Part shown: positions 37,467 through 43,710 of the stretch, in pieces
How positions within the stretch are numbered: the stretch's first letter is position 1
Layout: each line of letters begins with the position of its first letter
Assembly (NCBI GenBank): GCA_001768975.1
Contig: MEND01000029.1
Span: 1 to 47,307, forward strand
Length of the DNA stretch: 47,307 bases
Direction of reading: 5' to 3'
DNA from: Bacteroidetes bacterium GWA2_31_9
Lineage (GTDB): Bacteria; Bacteroidota; Bacteroidia; Bacteroidales; GWF2-33-38
Notes under the pieces: model-generated
What the model was told of the DNA's origin: nothing
Seen by the model: the letters and a program-made list of their open reading frames with translations, nothing else
Database searches by the model: none
Program-made: the position numbers and the translations under genes

Positions 37467-38777
37467 ATGAAAAAAACACTCAAATTTTTTAGTATTATTC
37501 TTGTTCTAACAGGAATATTTTGCACGAATATGGGTTGTAAGCGTGAAGGTTGTACCGACCCAAAGGCAAAAAACTATGATTCGAAAGCAAAAAAAGACGA
37601 TGGTTCGTGTACTTATGATTCTGTAACACCAACACCAACACCAACCTATGACTTAACAAAGCTAAATGCAATTAAATCAAGTGCTTCACCTTCAGTTGAT
37701 GGAAATATTGATGGTCTTTGGGCAAATGTACCATCATTAACAGTTGCACTTGGAGAAACAAACAATCCACCAAACGATGCGTCAAAAATTAATAACTGTA
37801 CTGGTTGCCATGCCTATACTAGCAGTATTTCGGTTAAATTAAAAGCCGTATATACTACTGATTATCTATACATTTTATCGGAATGGTCAGACCCAACAGC
37901 TAGTTTTACACGCGATGCATCTTGGTCATTTGCTTCGGGTTCGTGGGCAAAGCCTCATACCGGCGAATCAGAAGATAGAATATCTTTTTTCTGGCCCATC
38001 GGAACTATTGCTGGTGCTCCATACAGTACAGGCGGTTGTATGACAAAATGCCACATGTATTATCCAACAGATCAAGATCCTCATGTAAGTACTCACGGTA
38101 TTGTTGACGATGCTTGGTTAACAAGCGGAAGAGCCGATTTATGGCATAGTAAAGCTGCTCGTGCAGGTGCTGTAACTTCTGCCTCTGGTTCAGGATTAAC
38201 AATTAATTCAACTTCGCACGAAGTAACTGCCGGCACTTTTCAAATGACTGGATATGTGGACGATACTTATACTGATGTATGGGGTGATGATGCTACAAAC
38301 GGTGAAGATGGCGGTCGTTATGGTGATGCAGGAACTGCTGCTGCTTCGCATAATAGAATTTCCGACAAATCACGCCCAAAATGGATGGAAAAAAATCCAA
38401 CCGATTTTGCTGATGCAATGTTTATTACACAAACAGAAATTGATGGTGGCGAATGTGTTGGAAACGAAACAACTGGAGTTAGCGATGCCGATGCTGCAAT
38501 TTATTGGCCTAAGTATACGGCTCTTAATGCTATTGTATGCGAACGAATTCATAAAGTGCCAACAGGAAGTCGTGGCGACTTAGAAATTGGTGCTGTTTGG
38601 AATAATGGTAAATGGACAACCGAAATTGCCAGAAAACTAAATACCGGCACTACCGATGATATTCAATATACCGATTTATTAAAAGAATATTTGTTTAATG
38701 TAGCTCAATTTGATAATTCAAGACATGGTTACGAACACAGATGCTCTAAATCGTATTATATGAAATTTATTCCTTAA
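37467..38777 (+). CDS. Secreted lipoprotein with EB_dh / DOMON-like heme-binding domain and one CXXCH motif
   Basis: It has a signal peptide with Cys (lipobox-like), a GCTDP.A.NY...A..DDGSC.Y module and a Thr/Pro linker. The segment VDG..D..W......L.V, the motif CTGCH (CXXCH), ISFFWPI, CMTKCH and DLWHSKAAR resemble the heme-binding gamma-subunit domain of ethylbenzene dehydrogenase-type enzymes. Confidence 0.6.
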   Translation: MKKTLKFFSIILVLTGIFCTNMGCKREGCTDPKAKNYDSKAKKDDGSCTYDSVTPTPTPTYDLTKLNAIKSSASPSVDGNIDGLWANVPSLTVALGETNNPPNDASKINNCTGCHAYTSSISVKLKAVYTTDYLYILSEWSDPTASFTRDASWSFASGSWAKPHTGESEDRISFFWPIGTIAGAPYSTGGCMTKCHMYYPTDQDPHVSTHGIVDDAWLTSGRADLWHSKAARAGAVTSASGSGLTINSTSHEVTAGTFQMTGYVDDTYTDVWGDDATNGEDGGRYGDAGTAAASHNRISDKSRPKWMEKNPTDFADAMFITQTEIDGGECVGNETTGVSDADAAIYWPKYTALNAIVCERIHKVPTGSRGDLEIGAVWNNGKWTTEIARKLNTGTTDDIQYTDLLKEYLFNVAQFDNSRHGYEHRCSKSYYMKFIP

Positions 38778-38824
38778 GTTTTATGAAAAGGAATATTTAT
38801 TGTGTAAATAGTTAGTAAGAATGA

Positions 38825-38858
38825 AAGAAGCGTTTGTAAAAACGCTTCTTTTTATTTT
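38825..38858 (+). terminator. Rho-independent terminator after the EB_dh-like gene
   Basis: The stem gaagcgttt / aaacgcttc has a gtaa loop and is followed by tttttatttt. Confidence 0.75.
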
Positions 38859-38866
38859 AAACAACC

Positions 38867-39073
38867 ATGACTCAGACATTTTTAACAAAACGAGAACTTG
38901 AAATTGTGAAATTAATAGTTAAAGATAAAAGCAATCAGGAAATTGCCGATAACTTAAATATTAGCCTCCGAACAGTCGAAACACACCGCAGAAATATTAT
39001 GCAAAAGCTTAATGTCAAAACCGTTGTAGCCCTTGTAAGATATGCTTTGAATAAAAATATCGCCTCTCTTTAA
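38867..39073 (+). CDS. Stand-alone LuxR/GerE-type HTH protein (68 aa), a partial duplicate of the regulator at 36292-36951
   Basis: The protein LTKRELEIVKLIVKDKSNQEIADNLNISLRTVETHRRNIMQKLNVKTVVALVRYALNKNIASL differs from the C-terminus of the RR at only about 5 positions. High nucleotide similarity extends over about 190 bp. It has no receiver domain. The ATG starts about 9 nt after the terminator T-run. Confidence 0.65.
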   Translation: MTQTFLTKRELEIVKLIVKDKSNQEIADNLNISLRTVETHRRNIMQKLNVKTVVALVRYALNKNIASL

Positions 39074-39092
39074 TTTTTTTAAAAGATTCAAT

Positions 39093-39122
39093 AAGTACTC
39101 TATGGTATATTTTTACCATAAA
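39093..39122 (+). promoter_or_regulatory. Operator copy 2: AAGTACTCTATGGTATATTTTTACCATAAA (TGGTA-N6-TACCA), upstream of chrA
   Basis: The palindrome centre is at 39110.5, 41.5 bp upstream of the near-consensus -7 box TATTTTTA (39152-39159). Confidence 0.55.
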
Positions 39123-39163
39123 CACAGTATTTTAATGCAAAAAAGTATAGCTATTTTTACAAA

Positions 39164-40288
39164 ATGAATAAAAATAATTTAAAAGAACTTGCAAAATTAT
39201 TTACTAAATTAGGATTTATTTCCTTTGGAGGACCAGCAGTACACACAGCAATGATGTATAATGAAGTTGTAGTAAAACGCAAATGGCTAGAAGAACAACA
39301 TTTTCTTGATTTAGTTGGTGCAACTAATTTAATACCAGGTCCAAATAGCACAGAACTAGCAATACATATTGGCTATGAAAAAGGCGGTTGGAAAGGTTTA
39401 ATTATAGCAGGTATTTGTTTTATTTTGCCAGCAGTTATTATAACAACTATTTTTGCTTGGTTTTATAAAAATTATGGTCAATTGCCCCAAATTCAACCAT
39501 TTATTTATGGTATAAAACCAGCTTTAATTGCAATTATACTTGTAGCAATATATCCGCTTTTTAAAAAATCGTTTAAGACTTTAGAATTAGGACTTATTGG
39601 TATAATGGCTTTATTGTTATCATTATTAAAATTTAATGAAATTTATATAATGTTTGGTGCAGGATTATTTGCAATTCTGTTAGATGTAATTAAAAATAAT
39701 AAATCAAACTCAAATATTATTTTACCACTTCTGCTTTTTCAATTTCCAAAATTTACATTTTTAACCTCATTAAATCTTAATTTATTTCTAATTTTTCTTA
39801 AAATTGGAGCAATTCTTTATGGTAGTGGTTATGTTTTGTTTGCATTTCTCGATAATGAATTGGTTGCTAGAGGGCTAATTTCCAGAAATCAATTAATTGA
39901 TGCTGTTGCTGTTGGACAATTTACACCCGGTCCAATATTTTCTTCAGTTACTTTTATTGGTTATCAGATAAGTGGTTTGATGGGTGCAATAGTATCTACA
40001 CTTGGTATTTTTCTTCCATCTTTTATATTTGTTGCATTGTTAAATCCAATAGTCAAGAAATTGAAAAATTCAAAACTATTTTCCGCCTTTTTAGATGCAG
40101 TTAATATTACTTCTGTTGCTATTATTATTGCCATTTGCTTCCAACTAGGACAAGATTCAATAACCGACTGGCGAACAATAGTAATTGCAATTATGAGTTT
40201 AATAATCTTGTTTAAATTTAAGAAATTTAACAACATTTATATTGTTTTGGGAAGTTCAATTTTAGGCTATATCCTTTTACTGATTTAA
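39164..40288 (+). CDS. chrA: Chromate ion transporter (CHR family), fused two-domain form
   Basis: The N-terminal F.KLGFISFGGPAVH.AMM...V..R.W and GATNLIPGPNSTE match the family. A second homologous half has GAILYGSGYV and VGQFTPGPIFSSVTFIGY. About 10-12 TM helices. Confidence 0.85.
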   Translation: MNKNNLKELAKLFTKLGFISFGGPAVHTAMMYNEVVVKRKWLEEQHFLDLVGATNLIPGPNSTELAIHIGYEKGGWKGLIIAGICFILPAVIITTIFAWFYKNYGQLPQIQPFIYGIKPALIAIILVAIYPLFKKSFKTLELGLIGIMALLLSLLKFNEIYIMFGAGLFAILLDVIKNNKSNSNIILPLLLFQFPKFTFLTSLNLNLFLIFLKIGAILYGSGYVLFAFLDNELVARGLISRNQLIDAVAVGQFTPGPIFSSVTFIGYQISGLMGAIVSTLGIFLPSFIFVALLNPIVKKLKNSKLFSAFLDAVNITSVAIIIAICFQLGQDSITDWRTIVIAIMSLIILFKFKKFNNIYIVLGSSILGYILLLI

Positions 40289-40332
40289 TTAAAATCTGTA
40301 ATTCTGTTTAACGTTTCAAAATCACATAACAT

Positions 40333-40376
40333 ACGTACTATATGGTATATTTTTACCTTAAATATGGTATTGGTAT
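40333..40376 (+). promoter_or_regulatory. Operator copy 3: ACGTACTATATGGTATATTTTTACCTTAAATATGGTATTGGTAT (palindrome plus two extra TGGTAT half-sites)
   Basis: The palindrome centre is at 40350.5, 42.5 bp upstream of the -7-like box TAACCTTG (40393-40400). Confidence 0.55.
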
Positions 40377-40417
40377 TACAAAATAATAAGCTTAACCTTG
40401 CATAATTTTTATAATTA

Positions 40418-41833
40418 ATGCAAAAGATTAATTTAATACTACGCACACCAACCATAACGACATGGCTTAAAATTATTAGCCTTGTGATGTTTATACTGCT
40501 TATAATTATTGGTCTTTCGGCAAATTCGTCAGATTCTGCATTTTTAAAAGAATTAAGAAATACAAACCTTGCTAACCTTATAGTTTGGAGTTATTGGTGG
40601 CCCATAATTATAATTACAGCAATATTTTTTGGGCGATTATGGTGTATGGTATGCCCAGTAGAACTTATAACAACTATTGCATCTAAGTTAGGACTACGAA
40701 ACAAACGTCCACGTTGGATTTTATCAGGTTGGGCTATTACGATTTTTTACATTTTAATATTATTTATAGGAATTGAAGGCTTTGCAATACATCGAAATCC
40801 TACATACATGGCAATATACCTTCTTTCAATTATTGCAGTTTCTGTTATCACAGGATTAGTTTGGGAAAAAAACACATTTTGCCGTTATTTTTGCCCGGTT
40901 GGATATTTATTGGGAATTTATTCACGATTATCGTTTTTGGGTTGGAGAGTAAAATCTCAAAGTATTTGCAGCTCTTGTAAAGACAAATCATGTATTCATA
41001 AAAATTACACATACAATATTGATAAAAAAAGTTGTGGAGTTGACCTCTACCCTGCCCAAATAAGCGACAATTCAAACTGTATTTTATGTGCAGGTTGTGC
41101 AAAAAGTTGTAGCCAATATCAAACTGTAAAAATTAACGAAAGACCAAACCCACAATTAGTAAAAATTGGTTTTGCAAACGACTTATTTAAAGTAAAACCA
41201 TTAAAATATGCCGAAATGTTTTTTGTAATGGTAGTTTCGGGCTTTGTAATTTCTGAAATTTGGTCGGAATGGAAAACTACCGATAATTTATTAAAAATTA
41301 TTCCCGATTTAATAATTGAAAAATTTTCAATAAATATCCATTTTTTAGAAGTTTTAATAAGCTCTACAATTATTTTCATCATATATCCTCTTATTTTGTG
41401 GCTTTTACCATATTTCATATCACAACTTGTTGGCTTAAAATTGAAATTAAAAGATTATTTATTAAACTACGGAATAGCTTTTATTCCTATTATTGCTGCT
41501 GCACACCTCGATAAAGCTATTTTGAAGATGACATCTAGGCTACCATATTTTCAATACCTTTTCGACGATGTTTCGGGCATGAAAACAACACCGAACATTA
41601 TCGAACATAAAATTACATTATTCCAAATGCCATTTTGGTTTAACTTTTTGGTATCTGTAGCAATTAGTTTTATTATGCTTATTGGAATATATTTAAGCTT
41701 TAAAACCATTAAGCTTATAAATAAAAAATATTCATACAACAATACTGAATCAAAACCAATTTACTCGCTTTCTGCAATATATGGTTCAGTATTTTTAATT
41801 ATGTTGTTAGCTTGGAAGTGGATTAATTTTTAA
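40418..41833 (+). CDS. Integral membrane 4Fe-4S polyferredoxin-like protein (NapH / NosR / CcoG-type Fer4_5 motifs) with extra C-terminal TM bundle
   Basis: TM-proximal motifs GRLWCMVCPVE and FCRYFCPVGYL are present. A cytoplasmic Cys cluster reads CSSCKDKSC...CGVD...CILCAGCAKSC. At least 8 TM helices. Confidence 0.7.
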   Translation: MQKINLILRTPTITTWLKIISLVMFILLIIIGLSANSSDSAFLKELRNTNLANLIVWSYWWPIIIITAIFFGRLWCMVCPVELITTIASKLGLRNKRPRWILSGWAITIFYILILFIGIEGFAIHRNPTYMAIYLLSIIAVSVITGLVWEKNTFCRYFCPVGYLLGIYSRLSFLGWRVKSQSICSSCKDKSCIHKNYTYNIDKKSCGVDLYPAQISDNSNCILCAGCAKSCSQYQTVKINERPNPQLVKIGFANDLFKVKPLKYAEMFFVMVVSGFVISEIWSEWKTTDNLLKIIPDLIIEKFSINIHFLEVLISSTIIFIIYPLILWLLPYFISQLVGLKLKLKDYLLNYGIAFIPIIAAAHLDKAILKMTSRLPYFQYLFDDVSGMKTTPNIIEHKITLFQMPFWFNFLVSVAISFIMLIGIYLSFKTIKLINKKYSYNNTESKPIYSLSAIYGSVFLIMLLAWKWINF

Positions 41834-41845
41834 AAAAACAGAATA

Positions 41846-41883
41846 AGTAATACATGGTATAAAAAATACCAAATCAATGGTAT
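41846..41883 (+). promoter_or_regulatory. Operator copy 4: AGTAATACATGGTATAAAAAATACCAAATCAATGGTAT (TGGTA-N7-TACCA plus one extra half-site), not followed by a CDS
   Basis: The palindrome centre is at 41863, 43 bp upstream of the one-mismatch -7 box TATTTTCG (41906-41913). It starts 13 nt after the stop of the polyferredoxin gene. Confidence 0.5.
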
Positions 41884-41914
41884 TTTATTTTCTGTATCAA
41901 GTACTTATTTTCGT

Positions 41915-42060
41915 TCCATTAATTTAGTGTTACGTATATTGGTTAATTGATTGATAACTGAAAATTTGACATATTTTAACAAATTCTAATTTTCATAAAT
42001 CGCAAATAAAATACTAAGTTATAACCAAAAAGGGTAGCTTTTGCTATCCTTTCTTTATTT
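41915..42060 (+). ncRNA. Candidate small non-coding RNA (or orphan leader) bounded by operator/promoter copy 4 and an intrinsic terminator
   Basis: No ATG occurs between about 41920 and 42031. The terminator is gggtagc-tttt-gctatcc (42032-42049, one G-U pair) followed by tttctttattt. The start coordinate is only inferred from the -7 box. Confidence 0.3.
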
Positions 42061-42087
42061 AAGTTCTTTTTAACAAAAAACAAAAAC

Positions 42088-42116
42088 TACGTAGTTTATG
42101 GTATATAAATACCAAG
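42088..42116 (+). promoter_or_regulatory. Operator copy 5: CTACGTAGTTTATGGTATATAAATACCAAG (TGGTA-N6-TACCA), upstream of the diheme cytochrome gene
   Basis: The palindrome centre is at 42106.5, 42.5 bp upstream of the exact -7 box TACTTTTG (42149-42156). An extra TACCA half-site at 42142-42146 abuts the box. Confidence 0.6.
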
Positions 42117-42205
42117 TATATGTTATTGTGAAGTACGATATTACCATCTACTTTTGAAACAATAAAATTTTAAAATAATTTAATAATAATCTAAAAAATT
42201 ACACA

Positions 42206-43129
42206 ATGAAAAAGAAAATGTATTTTATTGCGGTTTTGTTTCTCGCAATCTTAACCGTAACAACTCAAAGTTGCAAAAAGGGCGAAGATGGAGTTGATGG
42301 TGCTCCTGGTACTGCCGGAACAAATGGAACTGATGGTTATGGTGCTGTAACTGCTGCCGACCAAGCTGCTTTCGATGCTGCCGATGGCACAATTGGAGCA
42401 AGATTATATGACCATCCATTAAATGAAATAAACTATTTACCCTCTGCTGTAATGTCAAGTGGAAGCCGTTCAAACTTTTTCAGATGTAAAAGTTGTCATG
42501 GTTGGGATTTACGTGGAAGAAATGGAGTTTTAATAGACAAAGGCCCTTCTAGCTCATATCCTGTAGCTGCCGATGTTGACTTATACGCCTGGGCAAGATT
42601 ACACAGTATTCGTGAAGTTTTTGATGCAGTTAAAAACGTTGGTGGAAGAAATAAAAGTTTGAAACAATCTTATAATGGTAATATGCCTTATTATGGTGAA
42701 ATTTTAAACGATTCACAAATTTGGCAAATTGTTAAATTCTTAAAAGTAACTTCACATAATACAGATGATTTTTATGATATAGCCACAACAGGTACATATC
42801 CAACAGGAAGTAAAACTTTCTCAAATATTGGAAAAGGTGGAAATGCTACAAACGGTAAAGTAGTATATGATTCAAAATGCAAAAGTTGTCATGGTGCTGA
42901 TGGAAAAACTATTGATATTTATTGCAAAGGTTTATTCTTAGGCGAAATGTTCAGATTAGACCCACATGAAGTGCATCATAAAGCAATTTGGGGAATGCCA
43001 GTTGATAGAGAAAATGTTGCCATAGGTTGTACTTCTGGAGATTATGCAATGCCACAAATTGCCATTACAGACCAAGATATTAGAGATATGATGGTTATGG
43101 GTCAAGACACAGTACTTTTTCCTTGGTAA
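42206..43129 (+). CDS. Diheme c-type cytochrome lipoprotein with a short collagen-like Gly-X-Y linker
   Basis: It has a signal peptide plus lipobox (TTQSC). Seven GXY triplets follow (GEDGVDGAPGTAGTNGTDGYG). Two CXXCH motifs are present (CKSCHGWD and CKSCHGADG), each with downstream Met candidates (NMPYYG, YAMPQ). Confidence 0.75.
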   Translation: MKKKMYFIAVLFLAILTVTTQSCKKGEDGVDGAPGTAGTNGTDGYGAVTAADQAAFDAADGTIGARLYDHPLNEINYLPSAVMSSGSRSNFFRCKSCHGWDLRGRNGVLIDKGPSSSYPVAADVDLYAWARLHSIREVFDAVKNVGGRNKSLKQSYNGNMPYYGEILNDSQIWQIVKFLKVTSHNTDDFYDIATTGTYPTGSKTFSNIGKGGNATNGKVVYDSKCKSCHGADGKTIDIYCKGLFLGEMFRLDPHEVHHKAIWGMPVDRENVAIGCTSGDYAMPQIAITDQDIRDMMVMGQDTVLFPW

Positions 43130-43156
43130 GAGTTTTTTTCATAAATTTTATAATTT

Positions 43157-43190
43157 TAAAAGAGGTTGAAATTTCAACCTCTTTTTTTGC
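43157..43190 (+). terminator. Rho-independent terminator
   Basis: Perfect 10-bp stem agaggttgaa / ttcaacctct with a 2-nt loop, followed by a T-run. Confidence 0.8.
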
Positions 43191-43220
43191 AAATTAAAAA
43201 CTCAGGATTTTAAAAGAAGC

Positions 43221-43433
43221 GTAACTATTCAGCCTCTAATTAATTAATAAAAAAGCCACAGATTCACAGATTAAATCTATGATAATTAAAACAATAACCA
43301 AATATTAATTACACAGATTTAAACAACCAAAGGTTGTTTATTCTGCGAAAATTTACAAAAAATGATTAATTTTAATCTGTGAATCTGTGGCATATATTTG
43401 TTATTTAGCGTTTTAAATAGGGTGAATAGTTAC
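43221..43433. mobile_element. MITE-like non-autonomous element (213 bp), family member B, with 8-bp target-site duplication AAAGAAGC
   Basis: The TIR gtaactattcagcct (43221-) versus the reverse complement of the right end gtaactattcaccct has 11 perfect terminal bp. aaagaagc abuts both ends (43213-43220 and 43434-43441). The subterminal inverted repeat gccacagattcacagatta / taatctgtgaatctgtggc is perfect. The central hairpin is aaacaacc-aa-aggttgttt. The TIR termini and subterminal inverted repeat are shared with element A at 34330-34499. Confidence 0.75.
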
Positions 43434-43650
43434 AAAGAAGCTTCAAATGTTCTTATTTTTATATTCTACAACATATTTGACTATTGCAAATTATACATTT
43501 AGAAATCTTCTAAAATCATTATTATTTGAGCATTACAATCAATCATAATTATATATTTAGTTATTAACATATATAAACCACATAATATTAATATCTATTA
43601 TTCCGAAAAAAATGTATTTTTATACTTAAATTGTGCAATTTTAAAAACAC

Positions 43651-43693
43651 AGTGTTTCTTTAGAAAACTTCAAAAATGATACTAAGAAGCACT
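43651..43693. repeat. Short copy of the AGTGTTTCTTTAGAAAACT inverted-repeat family
   Basis: agtgtttctttagaaaacttcaaaaatgatactaagaagcact. The first arm is almost identical to the reverse complement of 8884-8903. Confidence 0.5.
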
Positions 43694-43710
43694 AAATAAA
43701 CAATTAAATT

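Noticed and set aside
38036-38053. CMTKCH in the EB_dh-like protein as a second c-type heme attachment site
   Set aside because: The spacing is CX3CH rather than canonical CXXCH. Such sites exist but are rare, so I count only the CTGCH site as a confident heme c motif.
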